A stretch of 64,000 nucleotides of DNA, taken from contig CAZGYV010000002.1 in NCBI GenBank assembly GCA_964530725.1, forward strand, positions 26,046 to 90,045. The letters are read 5' to 3'. The position numbers were made by a program, and so were the translations under genes. Below, one piece after another: positions 7,386-16,654 of the stretch (within the stretch, counting starts at the first letter, position 1; each line of letters opens with the position of its first letter). The stretch comes from an uncultured Candidatus Saccharibacteria bacterium. Its GTDB lineage: Bacteria; Patescibacteriota; Saccharimonadia; CAILAD01; CAZGYV01. A model generated the notes under the pieces. That model ran no database searches. It saw only the letters and a program-made list of their open reading frames with translations, and was not told the origin of the DNA.

Positions 7386-9524
7386 TTAATTCGAAGCGGC
7401 CTTTTTAGATAGATTGAGTCTCCCCTGCGAATCAATCTCAACCAACTTAACAGGAAATTCATCACCCACCTTAAGCTCTTTATTGATATCGTCAACGTGA
7501 TAATCAGCAATTTGGCTGATGTGCACCAGGCCTTCTTTACCAGGCAGAATCTCGACAAAAGCGCCAAAATCCATCACCCGCACCACTCGCCCGTCATAAA
7601 TCTTGCCTACTTCCGGCTCGGCCACGATAGACTCGATCCACTCTTGCGCCGCCTTGGCCTTAGCTTCATCAGTCGAAGCAATCATGACCAGACCGCTGTC
7701 TTCGATATCAATCTCAACACCAGTTTCGGCAATGATTTTTTGAATCGTCTCGCCGCCCTTGCCGATAACTTCGCGGATTTTTTCCGGATCAATCGTCATT
7801 TTGTGTATGCGCGGCGCATATTGACTGATGTCCGCTCGCGGCTTGTCGATCACTTCAAGTATTTTACCCATGATGTGCGAGCGACCTTCTTTGGCCTGGG
7901 CCAGTGCCTCCTTCATAATTTCAACCGTGATGCCCTTCACCTTGATGTCCATCTGCAGCGCGGTAATACCTTGCTCGGTACCAGCTACCTTGAAATCCAT
8001 GTCGCCGGCAAAATCCTCGGCGCCTTGAATGTCCGAGAGAATCGTAAATTGATCCGTCTTATCATGATTGATCATCAAGCCCATCGCGATACCGGCCACA
8101 GGACGTGCCAGCGGCACGCCGGCATCCATCAGTGACATGGTCGAGCCGCAAACGCTCGCCATCGAAGTCGAGCCATTGCTGGTCAGAATCTCCGAAACTA
8201 CCCGAATGGTGTAGGGAAAATCTTCGACGTCAGGAATGACGGGCAGCAAAGCGCGCTCTGCTAAGGCGCCGTGGCCGATTTCACGCCGGCCAGTCGAGCG
8301 CATTGGTCGAGCCTCGCCGGTCGAATACGGCGGAAAATTGTAATGATGCATGTAGCGCTTGCTGGTGTCTTCTTCCATCGTGTCGATCAATTGCGCGTCC
8401 GAGGTCGGACCAAGCGTCGTGATAGTCAGCGCCTGGGTAGTACCGCGAGTGAAAAGGCCGGAGCCATGAGTGCGCGGCAAAACGCCTGTCTGACCAGAAA
8501 TCGGCCGAATCTCACTATTTTTACGTCCATCAGGCCGCTTGCCTTCTTCTAAAATAGAGCGTCGGATCTCCGTGTCAATCACTTTCTCGAAGGCATTAGC
8601 TACTTCGGCGTGACTGTAGCGCTCTTTGTCGTCTTCGACTTCAGCACGCAGTGGTCCGAATTCATTCATAACCTCGAGCTTCAGACGGCCAAGTGACTCT
8701 TGGCGCTGCTGCACATCAGTCGAAATAATATTCTCACCCAGCTTACCAGTTAAAAACTTTGATACTTTTTCGTAAACTTCTGGCGATGGCGTGAACAATT
8801 CAAATTCTTTTGGCGTTACAGCAGCAGCTTTGACCATCTTTTGCTGCAACTCAATCACCGGTTGCCATGTTGCTTGCGCCAAGGCAAGAGCCTCGACCAT
8901 GGTGGATTCATCGACTTCGCTAGCAGCGGCCTCAACCATCATGATGGCGTCTTTGGTGCCGGCAACAGTCAGATTGAGCTGGCTGTTTTCTTGTTGCGAG
9001 ACAGATGGGCAAACTACCAGCTTGCCGTCGATTGAGCCAATCCGCGCCGCTGCGACTGGTCCGTCAAATGGTGCGCCAGAGAGCATCAAAGCGCTAGACG
9101 CGGCAATAATACCGATAATGTCCGGTTCGTGCTCCAAGTCAGCGCTCAAGACGGTCGTCACTATCTGAACGTCATTGCGGTAGCCTTTTGGAAAAAGCGG
9201 GCGGATCGGCCGATCGATCAAGCGGCTAGTCAAAATAGCCCTTTCACTTGGGCGGCCTTCACGCTTAATAAAGCGGCTGCCCGATATTTTACCTGAAGCG
9301 TACATACGCTCTTCGTAGTCCACCAAAAGCGGGAAAAAGTCAGTCCCCTCCTTGGGCTCCGGTGCGATTACAGCCGTACCAAGCACCACTGTATCACCGT
9401 AGCGCACCAGAACGGCGCCATCTGTTAAAAAGGCCAGGCGGCCAGTTTCAATTGTTAGTTCGCGACCAGCGAACTCAGTCTTAAACACTTCGGTTTTTCC
9501 ACCAAACGGATGGATGATTTCCAT
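7386..9524 (-). CDS. pnp: Polyribonucleotide nucleotidyltransferase (PNPase)
   Basis: 712 aa. Two RNase PH-like domains, a KH domain and a C-terminal S1 domain (GKIYDGRVVRVMDFGAFVEI). A leader hairpin aagact-gcggcgcg-agtctt lies just upstream of the RBS. Confidence 0.95.
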   Translation of the reverse strand: MEIIHPFGGKTEVFKTEFAGRELTIETGRLAFLTDGAVLVRYGDTVVLGTAVIAPEPKEGTDFFPLLVDYEERMYASGKISGSRFIKREGRPSERAILTSRLIDRPIRPLFPKGYRNDVQIVTTVLSADLEHEPDIIGIIAASSALMLSGAPFDGPVAAARIGSIDGKLVVCPSVSQQENSQLNLTVAGTKDAIMMVEAAASEVDESTMVEALALAQATWQPVIELQQKMVKAAAVTPKEFELFTPSPEVYEKVSKFLTGKLGENIISTDVQQRQESLGRLKLEVMNEFGPLRAEVEDDKERYSHAEVANAFEKVIDTEIRRSILEEGKRPDGRKNSEIRPISGQTGVLPRTHGSGLFTRGTTQALTITTLGPTSDAQLIDTMEEDTSKRYMHHYNFPPYSTGEARPMRSTGRREIGHGALAERALLPVIPDVEDFPYTIRVVSEILTSNGSTSMASVCGSTMSLMDAGVPLARPVAGIAMGLMINHDKTDQFTILSDIQGAEDFAGDMDFKVAGTEQGITALQMDIKVKGITVEIMKEALAQAKEGRSHIMGKILEVIDKPRADISQYAPRIHKMTIDPEKIREVIGKGGETIQKIIAETGVEIDIEDSGLVMIASTDEAKAKAAQEWIESIVAEPEVGKIYDGRVVRVMDFGAFVEILPGKEGLVHISQIADYHVDDINKELKVGDEFPVKLVEIDSQGRLNLSKKAASN

Positions 9525-9885
9525 CTAAATTCCTCTTGTCTTTCTTCGCCAAAGACTGCGGCGCGAGTCTTGCCAATATAAAGTGCCAGAGACGAGTGAT
9601 CAAATATTTTAATCAATCATCTCTACCACTTATCAGCGACTGAACACATTCTTTGTGCAAAATTACTAAATATATTATCAAAAATGCTATTTATTTATAC
9701 TTTTGTATCTGTAGGCTAAAGCACAAGTATTTTTTAGTTTAATTTATATTTTGTTAGATTTCTAGCGTTTTTGGCGCTTTTTTTATCAAAAAAATTAGTT
9801 TGGTAGCCTAGTACAGTTCAAGCTAGAAACACGCCTATTGGCAAGCAACTCACGAGGTACGTGAAATGTACTAGAATACAAAAAA

Positions 9886-10152
9886 TTAACGTCGAAGTGA
9901 AAGTTTCTTAATGATAGCCTGATACCGCTGATCATTCTTTTTCTGTAGGTAATCCAAAAGCCGGCGACGCTTACTGACCATCGCGAGAAGGCCGCGACGA
10001 CTGTGGTTATCACCCTTGTGACTTTTGAGATGTTCGGTCAACTGCTTAATTTTCTCAGTAAAAATTGCAATCTGAACCTCAGGCGAACCAGTATCTTTAG
10101 TGTGCTGGCTGTTACCTTTGATAATCTTTGATTTAGCGGTTTTTTCTATCAT
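9886..10152 (-). CDS. rpsO: 30S ribosomal protein S15
   Basis: 88 aa; ...[32 protein letters not shown]..., a canonical S15 sequence. Confidence 0.9.
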   Translation of the reverse strand: MIEKTAKSKIIKGNSQHTKDTGSPEVQIAIFTEKIKQLTEHLKSHKGDNHSRRGLLAMVSKRRRLLDYLQKKNDQRYQAIIKKLSLRR

Positions 10153-10184
10153 ATAACTCCTACACTTTAGCAGATTTTCGCTTA

Positions 10185-10829
10185 TTAATCAAGCTGGGTG
10201 GCCTGCTCTATCCTGTACTCACCGATTTGCGTCCGTTTTAACGCCGTCATGTACGCCCCCGTCGCCAATGCGCGTCCGATGTCTTCGACGAGACTGCGAA
10301 TATAGGTGCCGCTTGAAACTTTAGTGGTAAATTTAATGATCGGGTAATCATAAATCACTTCGTCAATCGAGTAAATCTTCACCTCCCTGGCCTTGAGCTC
10401 GGGCATCTTGCCTTGACGAGCCAGCTTGTAAGCTCGCACACCATCGACCTTGATAGCCGAATAGACCGGTGGGATCTGCTCGATCGTGCCAACGAAGCTG
10501 GCCAGCGTTTTGCGAACGTCCGCCGATGATGGCCGCGCATCTGAGACCTGACTGATAGACCCTTCCGAATCGCCGGTCGTACTAGCCTCACCCAGCCGTA
10601 GCTCGACTTCATAAACCTTGTCTTTTTTAATAAATTCATCTGCCCGCTTCGTCCATGCCTTGCCGGCCAAAAGAATCATCAAGCCACTAGCTAGCGGATC
10701 GAGCGTGCCTGTGTGGCCGACTTTTCTAATACCAGTCACTTTGCGCAAACGCGACACCATGGCAAAAGAGCTCACACCGACTGGCTTATCAACTAGCCAC
10801 AAACCCTCTTTTTCTCCTGCCGGCCGCAT
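10185..10829 (-). CDS. truB: tRNA pseudouridine(55) synthase TruB
   Basis: [21 protein letters not shown] catalytic-Asp motif. 214 aa, lacks a PUA domain. Confidence 0.85.
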   Translation of the reverse strand: MRPAGEKEGLWLVDKPVGVSSFAMVSRLRKVTGIRKVGHTGTLDPLASGLMILLAGKAWTKRADEFIKKDKVYEVELRLGEASTTGDSEGSISQVSDARPSSADVRKTLASFVGTIEQIPPVYSAIKVDGVRAYKLARQGKMPELKAREVKIYSIDEVIYDYPIIKFTTKVSSGTYIRSLVEDIGRALATGAYMTALKRTQIGEYRIEQATQLD

Positions 10830-11807
10830 TTAACCTCGCATGGAAGCTAGTGGTGTCTGTGGCATCGAGGGCTCTAAGTGGACTGGCGCGTTAGCGGACA
10901 GAGCGCTCGAGTTCACCGGTCGCGCCGTTGATTCTGCCGGCAAATGGTCCGATGGATTTACCTGATTCGAGACCTGTTGAGGACCGTTCAATCGTGCCGG
11001 TGGGTGGTTTATGGGCTTTTTTTTTGACCTCGAGTCGGCCTGACCATGCCCATTCTCAGATGAATAAAGCACTTTGACAATTTCTTGCTGCTTAGCGCCA
11101 GCTGCCATTAGCTGAGCTGCTACCGTCATCGCCTTGGGGGTCGTGTTGGGCGCGCTGAAGCGATTGGTGCTGGCCATAATGCCGGCTAGCATCGCCGTCG
11201 CGATGTGGGCGTCAATCAAGCCCTGGCCAAGAGATTCGGTGATCGAGACGAGTATTTCCGCAACACTAGCAGCCGACTGATCGACCAAGTTAACCGAGCC
11301 GTAGCTGTCATTAATACGATGGTAATCAATATTGATTAAATGAATGCCATCAAAGATCGTCGGATTAGCTTCGTGCAAGCGATCAAGCTTAGTCAGGCTC
11401 GGTACGCCGATCGCGATAACGAGGTCAAACTGATAAGCCCCGTAGCCATAGCTGGCGTCTTGAGCGGTAAAATTGCCTTGGTGTGGCGTCACCACGATAT
11501 TGAGCTTACCGTCCTCGATCGTGTATTTGAGCTTATCGACCGTTACCTTGCTCATATCAAGGCTGATTATAAAATCGCGCACCCCATCAAGACCCTGACT
11601 AATCTTGGTAGTATCAAGGATCGGAGCGATTTTAGGCAAGCTATCGCTCACGATCGCGTAGGCGTTCTTGCCCAGCTTAGTCAAAATCGCCTGCATGGCG
11701 ACTAGGCTGGCAAGCTGATCATTATTAGGTTCGCGGCCAGTCACGAGCAAAATCGTGCTGGCTTGGCGAATTAATTCTGTAACCTGTTGTTTAGGTGTTA
11801 ATTCCAT
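10830..11807 (-). CDS. nrnA: DHH-family phosphoesterase (NrnA-like nanoRNase / pAp phosphatase) with a low-complexity C-terminal tail
   Basis: DHH motifs (INIDYHRINDSYG) and a DHHA1-like region. The last ~80 aa are P/S/N/Q-rich. The stop abuts the truB start. Confidence 0.7.
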   Translation of the reverse strand: MELTPKQQVTELIRQASTILLVTGREPNNDQLASLVAMQAILTKLGKNAYAIVSDSLPKIAPILDTTKISQGLDGVRDFIISLDMSKVTVDKLKYTIEDGKLNIVVTPHQGNFTAQDASYGYGAYQFDLVIAIGVPSLTKLDRLHEANPTIFDGIHLINIDYHRINDSYGSVNLVDQSAASVAEILVSITESLGQGLIDAHIATAMLAGIMASTNRFSAPNTTPKAMTVAAQLMAAGAKQQEIVKVLYSSENGHGQADSRSKKKPINHPPARLNGPQQVSNQVNPSDHLPAESTARPVNSSALSANAPVHLEPSMPQTPLASMRG

Positions 11808-11881
11808 AGTTTTTTAAAATAGACAATGGGTGATTGTATCAAAAGATAAGCATTTTGTCAAGTAGGGATAGTGGTTATGTT

Positions 11882-11907
11882 AAAAGAAAAAGCCCATCTT
11901 GAGGGCT
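11882..11907 (-). terminator. Rho-independent terminator of the minus-strand structured RNA
   Basis: Minus strand: hairpin AGCCC-UCAAGAU-GGGCU followed by UUUUUCUUUU. Confidence 0.55.
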
Positions 11908-11911
11908 AAAA

Positions 11912-12490
11912 ACCTTCAAAATGGACTCAGGTGGAGTGGAAGCGGAGGGCATCAAACCTAGATGTAGGCAGGTGACGCCCTCGACGCTTCCTTCGGGCTT
12001 ACACCTCAATGCGCAAGCGCACTGAAACCCAGGAGAGAACCTCGATCTCGGACGAGGACCCCCCTTGTCTCACCAGCGATTACCAGGCACTAGTGAGATC
12101 TTACAAGAGGAGGTGGCTGCCGGAGCTTGAAAGCCCGACCCTAAAGCTTAAGCTCTAGCTCCGGCAGCCGAATCGCGCAGACTGGCGACCCTCCTCTTGG
12201 CTCTTAAGCCACCCTTGCGCAGCTACTGCCAGTGAGGCGATGATTCGCAAGCTCACCAACAGCCCACCCGCGCAAAACTCAAGAGCCTTCCTCTTACTCA
12301 GCGTCTTCCAAGGAAGGGGCAGAGCAAGGAAACCTGGCGAGGACCCCATGACTGGGAGGAAACAGGGTCCTCGCCTACAGACTTCTCCCTGGCTACGGCG
12401 ATGCGGATCGCCGCGGCGACGGGGCTGGGAGTATCCTTATGTATGAGAGAAGTCTGGCGGCTCTCCTGTCCACTAGGGAGCAGGAGAGAG
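11912..12490 (-). ncRNA. rnpB: Large structured non-coding RNA with its own promoter and terminator; candidate RNase P RNA (rnpB), assignment tentative
   Basis: There is no credible ORF. A strong sigma70 promoter lies upstream and a terminator downstream on the minus strand. Minus-strand motifs resemble RNase P: GGGAGAAGUCUGUAGGCGAGG resembles the P4 5' strand GGAGGAAAGUCCGGGCUCC. AAGGGUGGCUUAAGAGCC resembles GGGUGCGGUAAGAGCGCACC. CCUGGUAAUCGCUGG resembles CCAGGUAACGCCUGG. UGUAGGC can pair with the distal GCCUACA as a P4-like long-range helix, and the 5' GUGGA..GGAG can pair with the 3' CUCC..UCCAC as a P1-like helix. Motif order and the ~580-nt length are not fully canonical. Confidence 0.4.
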
Positions 12491-12497
12491 TGCCGCT

Positions 12498-12526
12498 ATA
12501 ATACACCCGAAACCAAGACGAGTCAA
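12498..12526 (-). promoter_or_regulatory. sigma70-like promoter of the structured RNA
   Basis: Minus strand reads TTGACT-17 nt-TATTAT. Confidence 0.55.
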
Positions 12527-12648
12527 TAGTTTTCTCGGTTTTATATCTAGAGTAAATTAGTCTGCCTTGAGCACTTAAGCTATTTACAAATCATTCATTT
12601 TCCGCTAAGATAGCCTTTGATCTAAAAAACAGGTAAAAGTAGTAAGTT

Positions 12649-13035
12649 ATGCCAATTATCAAATCTGCTATCAAAAGAGACCGGCAGCAAAAAAAGCGCC
12701 GCGATCGCAATATAATGATCAAGACCGGCGTCAAGATCAAGCAAAAAGCTGCTCGAAGCGCCATCGCCGATGATCCTAAAAAAGCGCAGGACGCGCTGAT
12801 TGCTGCTATTGCCGAAATTGACCGCGCGGTCAAAAAAGGCGCTCTGCACAAAAATACCGGCTCCCGTCGGAAAAGCCGCCTCACCCTAGCCTACAACAAA
12901 GCCGCCGAGAAACCTTTTGGCAGCGGCAAAGCTACTGCTGCCAAAAAGCCCGCAGTTGCCAAAAAAGCTACGGCCAAAAAGCCGGTAGCTAAGAAGCCAG
13001 CTACCAAAACCGCCGCCAAGAAAACGACTAAGTAA
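12649..13035 (+). CDS. rpsT: 30S ribosomal protein S20 with a Lys/Ala-rich histone-H1-like C-terminal extension
   Basis: The S20 core is MPIIKSAIKRDRQQKKRRDRN...ALHKNTGSRRKSRL. The ~45-aa tail is AKKPAVAKKATAKKPVAKKPATKTAAKKTTK. Confidence 0.85.
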   Translation: MPIIKSAIKRDRQQKKRRDRNIMIKTGVKIKQKAARSAIADDPKKAQDALIAAIAEIDRAVKKGALHKNTGSRRKSRLTLAYNKAAEKPFGSGKATAAKKPAVAKKATAKKPVAKKPATKTAAKKTTK

Positions 13036-13187
13036 GTTTCAACTAAAAAAGCCGCCAAATCAGCGGACAAAAATAATATTTAAGACCGCCTAAATTAAGA
13101 GTCGCCTTCGAAGCTCCCCTTTTGGGGGTCTTTTTAGTATAAGATAGATTCTGAAACAAGTTCAGAATGACAGAATTTAAGAGCGGT

Positions 13188-14108
13188 TTAATTAGCCAAT
13201 TGATACATCAGATCTTCCAGCGCTACCTGGCTGCTCTTGGCGCCGGATTTGATCGCAAAATCAGCCTCGACTATCAGGCGATAAGCACGCTCAATATCGG
13301 ATTTATCAACCCGTTTGGCTGCGGCGGCGGCTTTTTGAGCGGCAAAAGGCGCGACACCAAACTCACTCGCCCAAGCTGTGCCGCTATTATCATAGGCCAA
13401 GGCCAGATTGCGCCAGTACCAATTGAGCATCGCCAATATCTGCTGATCAGCCACGCCGTCGCGGATCAATTTATAATACAAATCAAAAGCCTTGGGCAGG
13501 TTTTGATCGGCCACCGCGTCTACCAACATAAAGATCGTTTGATTGGTGTTGGGCAAGGCCAGCAAATTAATCGACTCACCCGTGATCACACGATCATAAT
13601 TGAGCAATTTGATTATTTCTTGCTCAAGCTGCCACTGATCAGCACCAATCCACTCACAAAGCTGCTTAGCTGTTGCTGAATCTATCTGGCCGCCCCGCTT
13701 TTTGACCTCACTAACCACCCAGCGCGCCACCTCATCCGGCGACAGAGATTTGAATTGATGGACGTTGCGAGCCGGCAATTTGGCAAGGGTTTTAAAAAGC
13801 TTGCTGCGACGATCAATTTGTCGCTCTTCGATCACCATCACAGTTGACTGTGGTACACTTTTGAGCAATTGCTCGATTTTGTCCATTTTCGTAGCATGCC
13901 GGCCAATGCCGCGCACGATTATCAGCCGACTCGAAGCGAAAAGCGGCACAATCGCGACTGCGCGCAGCAGGTCATCGAGCGTTTTTTCGCCCAGATCAAA
14001 TACTTCCAGGCTCATATCACCGCCTGATTTTTTTACGTAGTGCTCACGCAGCCGTTCGACTTCACGACGCATCGCGAAATCATTGTCGCCATAGAAAAAT
14101 AAAATCAT
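13188..14108 (-). CDS. holA: DNA polymerase III delta subunit
   Basis: MILFFYGDNDFAMRREVERLREHY..., the delta-subunit N-terminus, and ~306 aa length. The track ORF starts at an upstream TTG (14144); the ATG at 14108 is preferred. Confidence 0.7.
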   Translation of the reverse strand: MILFFYGDNDFAMRREVERLREHYVKKSGGDMSLEVFDLGEKTLDDLLRAVAIVPLFASSRLIIVRGIGRHATKMDKIEQLLKSVPQSTVMVIEERQIDRRSKLFKTLAKLPARNVHQFKSLSPDEVARWVVSEVKKRGGQIDSATAKQLCEWIGADQWQLEQEIIKLLNYDRVITGESINLLALPNTNQTIFMLVDAVADQNLPKAFDLYYKLIRDGVADQQILAMLNWYWRNLALAYDNSGTAWASEFGVAPFAAQKAAAAAKRVDKSDIERAYRLIVEADFAIKSGAKSSQVALEDLMYQLAN

Positions 14109-14215
14109 AGGTCTATAGTATACGGAAAACCAGCTCACTCTCAAAATCCAGATTGACAGGAATAAATTTTACTATACAATTCTCCCTATCGTGACTGGCC
14201 GCTCAAGGAGGGATC

Positions 14216-14590
14216 ATGCCAGAGCCGAAGTACATCACCAGGCAGCGAGAGAGTGACGAAAAAGCCGAAAAAAGTGCGCGGAAGTACCGGAGCAAATCTA
14301 TCAGGAGAGAAGTGGGCCAGAAGCTGGGAGCTGAAGTTCAGTTCTGTGACGACACAAATCGCGCTTTTTACCTCGTCGACAGACAGGGTGAAAGACTACT
14401 TCCAGTCCCATGCGTGATAGCGTATGAGGACTTAGATCATCCAAATATTTTTGGCAAGAAGGTTCGTGTCGCTCGCATAATACCCATTGCGCGGGGAGAT
14501 CTTCAAGGCTCAGAGCTAAAAACGCCCACAGACGTGGTAGAATTTTACGACGCGCTCCAGAAAACACAGATCGAGACCGAGGAGCACTGA
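14216..14590 (+). CDS. Hypothetical small basic protein, paralog A of a tandem pair
   Basis: Lys/Arg-rich N-terminus. Shares the core FYLxDxxGExxLPxxC with the next ORF (RAFYLVDRQGERLLPVPC). Confidence 0.5.
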   Translation: MPEPKYITRQRESDEKAEKSARKYRSKSIRREVGQKLGAEVQFCDDTNRAFYLVDRQGERLLPVPCVIAYEDLDHPNIFGKKVRVARIIPIARGDLQGSELKTPTDVVEFYDALQKTQIETEEH

Positions 14591-14946
14591 TGACATCTAG
14601 GTATATCCGGAAACTCCGCAAACGGGCCATCAGGCAGCAGCGCTTAGAAGAGAGAGAGGATTCCGGTGGTCTCTACGGCGATGCAGCAATCAGACGCGAT
14701 ATCAAACACAGGTATGGTCTAAGTCTACTGCGCCTAGGCGGTAAAGGCTCTAGATTTTACCTATTCGACAAGGCGGGCGAGATGGTGCTGCCTTACAGAT
14801 GCGAATTAGTGTGCGTCGGTCAACCAATCATCGCCTATATGGGATTTGGTACCGGCGTAGAATTGCTTCATTCTAGACGTGACATCTTGCGCTTGCATGA
14901 CGATAACAGAGATTATTTGCGAGCAGAAAACTACTACGTCCCCTGA
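14590..14946 (+). CDS. Hypothetical small basic protein, paralog B of a tandem pair
   Basis: Carries SRFYLFDKAGEMVLPYRC. Start and stop overlap as TGATG with paralog A. Confidence 0.5.
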   Translation: MTSRYIRKLRKRAIRQQRLEEREDSGGLYGDAAIRRDIKHRYGLSLLRLGGKGSRFYLFDKAGEMVLPYRCELVCVGQPIIAYMGFGTGVELLHSRRDILRLHDDNRDYLRAENYYVP

Positions 14947-14980
14947 GTCTTATGAGGCCAAACTCTACACACCCCGTAGT

Positions 14981-15874
14981 CTAACGATTACGGGGTGTTT
15001 TCTTTGGCGGCTTTTGGCAGCGAGGACAAATATGGGTGCCGCGCCCGGCGACACGGGTTTTGACGATATCTGTGCCGCAATCTGGACACGGCTGGCCTTC
15101 GCGGCGAAAAACCCGGGCGAATTTCAGATAGCTGCCTTTGTAGCCCTCAGCGTCAACGTAATTGCGATCGCTCGAGCCGCCGTGCTCGAGACTGATTCGC
15201 AGACTATCGATGATGGCTTGGTGCAAGCGCCGGAGTTTGAGCGGGCTAACATCTGCTACTTTTGTCTCGGGGTGAATGCGGGCCGCGTGCAGGCTCTCGT
15301 CGGCGTAAATATTGCCAACGCCGGCTAGGACCGATTGATCGAGAATAGCCGCTTTGATGCTGGTGCGCTTTCGCCTACTTAAACGGCGACGGAATTCTTC
15401 GAAAGTAAAATCGGCCTCGAGGGGCTCCGGCCCGACGCGCTGGAAAAAATCCAGCTCAGGTATTTTTTCGTCTGGCAAAAGCTTCGCCCAGCCAAACTTA
15501 CGCTGGTCGTTGAAGTAGAGCTTGCCGCGCTCAAGCGTAAAGGTCACTCGAGTCGATCGATCGGGCAGGCTGCCGATCAGCGAATCAGTCGGGTGGCCGC
15601 CGCCCCAGCCGCGGCCGGTGTTGGGCCGGTAGACGAGCTGGCCGGTCATCTTGAGGTGGACCAGCAGTGTGTATCCGGTCGAGAGACGGATCAGCAGCAC
15701 TTTGGCACGCCGATCAACGCTTTCGATCCGCGCGCCAATCAACTGCTGCCGAACCAACTCCTGGCTATTGGGAAAAGATTTTGGATTGTCAAAATCCACC
15801 CCCAAGACCTTTTGACCAGGCAAATAGCGCGCCAGGCCAAGCCTAACTGTTTCGACTTCTGGTAGTTCTGGCAT
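14981..15874 (-). CDS. mutM: Formamidopyrimidine-DNA glycosylase (Fpg/MutM)
   Basis: MPELPEVETV N-terminus (catalytic Pro2, Glu3), H2TH region, C-terminal zinc finger CPDCGTDIVKTRVAGRGTHICPRCQ. Confidence 0.9.
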   Translation of the reverse strand: MPELPEVETVRLGLARYLPGQKVLGVDFDNPKSFPNSQELVRQQLIGARIESVDRRAKVLLIRLSTGYTLLVHLKMTGQLVYRPNTGRGWGGGHPTDSLIGSLPDRSTRVTFTLERGKLYFNDQRKFGWAKLLPDEKIPELDFFQRVGPEPLEADFTFEEFRRRLSRRKRTSIKAAILDQSVLAGVGNIYADESLHAARIHPETKVADVSPLKLRRLHQAIIDSLRISLEHGGSSDRNYVDAEGYKGSYLKFARVFRREGQPCPDCGTDIVKTRVAGRGTHICPRCQKPPKKTPRNR

Positions 15875-15934
15875 ACGAGTATTATAGCAAGCCAGCCACG
15901 CGATCGTCTCGAGCCTCTCAACACGACAAACGTC

Positions 15935-15963
15935 TTGACTTTTTATTGTATTTATAGTAGAAT
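15935..15963 (+). promoter_or_regulatory. sigma70-like promoter of a short transcript
   Basis: TTGACT-17 nt-TAGAAT. Confidence 0.45.
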
Positions 15964-15969
15964 AATCGT

Positions 15970-16067
15970 CGGTTCATTTTAGAACGCACCTTTACTTAAA
16001 TAGCGGGTAGATAGATGTGTCGCTTTCCCCCCTTTTGCGACTCATCTATCTACCCGTTTTATTTTTT
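15970..16067 (+). ncRNA. Candidate small RNA (~100 nt) ending in a strong intrinsic terminator
   Basis: No ORF with an RBS. A 14-bp stem gcgggtagatagatg/catctatctacccg (16003-16056) has an inner hairpin in the loop and is followed by TTTTATTTTTT. Confidence 0.4.
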
Positions 16068-16164
16068 GCACTTACTTTTTCTCGAAAACGCTTTTCCTTG
16101 ACGTGTCGGACGAGATGGCTATACAATATTGCCTCGAGCCGCGAAAACCCAGAGCGGAGGCAAA

Positions 16165-16569
16165 ATGGACGGCATACTCGATGGTGAGTTTACACAGCCC
16201 AAGCCCAACCGGCGCGACAAAAAGCTGGCAGCGCGAGCCCAACGCTCGCTGACCGAAGAAAACGCTGCCAAGCGTAACAGCCTTGTAAAGCTGTACATTG
16301 TCGTTGGCACCCTGATGGCAGTAATTATACTGGCCGCCGGACTGGACTGGTACATCAACGTTGAGCAACAGAAATCCTACCGTGACGGCCAGAACCACCC
16401 CAACGAACGTGTCACCCAGGAGATCTGCACGGAGGCATACAGCGTGGGCGTCGCCGGGCGCGACGAACCAACCGCGGTCGCCGGCACGCGCGGCAACAAC
16501 CTTCGGACGACCGGCGAGTGGTGCGACTACTCCAACATCCCACCGCCCTCAACCACCAAAGCTAAATGA
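16165..16569 (+). CDS. Hypothetical single-pass membrane protein
   Basis: GGAGG RBS before the ATG at 16165 and its own TTGACG/TATACA promoter. TM segment LYIVVGTLMAVIILAAGL. Followed by a terminator. Confidence 0.5.
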   Translation: MDGILDGEFTQPKPNRRDKKLAARAQRSLTEENAAKRNSLVKLYIVVGTLMAVIILAAGLDWYINVEQQKSYRDGQNHPNERVTQEICTEAYSVGVAGRDEPTAVAGTRGNNLRTTGEWCDYSNIPPPSTTKAK

Positions 16570-16602
16570 ATACTCAGAAGGCAAGCGCCTTCGGGCTACA
16601 AA

Positions 16603-16646
16603 CCACCCCATCGCTCCCTACCAGAGTCCTTGGGGTGGTTTTCTTT
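16603..16646. terminator. Intrinsic terminator between the convergent hypothetical gene and polA
   Basis: ccacccc...ggggtgg stem followed by TTTTCTTTTG. Confidence 0.5.
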
Positions 16647-16654
16647 TGCACCCC

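Noticed and set aside
7109-7567. 152-aa minus-strand ORF overlapping the pnp 3' end and the spacer
   Set aside because: It runs across a tandem-repeat array and overlaps the pnp coding end. Its composition is repeat-driven.
12155-12349. 64-aa track ORF inside the structured RNA locus
   Set aside because: No RBS and low-complexity content. It lies within a promoter/terminator-bounded region whose conserved-looking motifs are RNA-like, so it is more likely noncoding.
11912-12490. tmRNA (ssrA) hypothesis for the minus-strand structured RNA
   Set aside because: There is no tRNA-like 3' end: no GGUUCGAnUCC T-loop and no ...CCACCA acceptor pairing with a GGGG 5' end. No tag-peptide reading frame ends in ...ALAA-stop. 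The internal LAVAA stretch continues into a 64-aa ORF.
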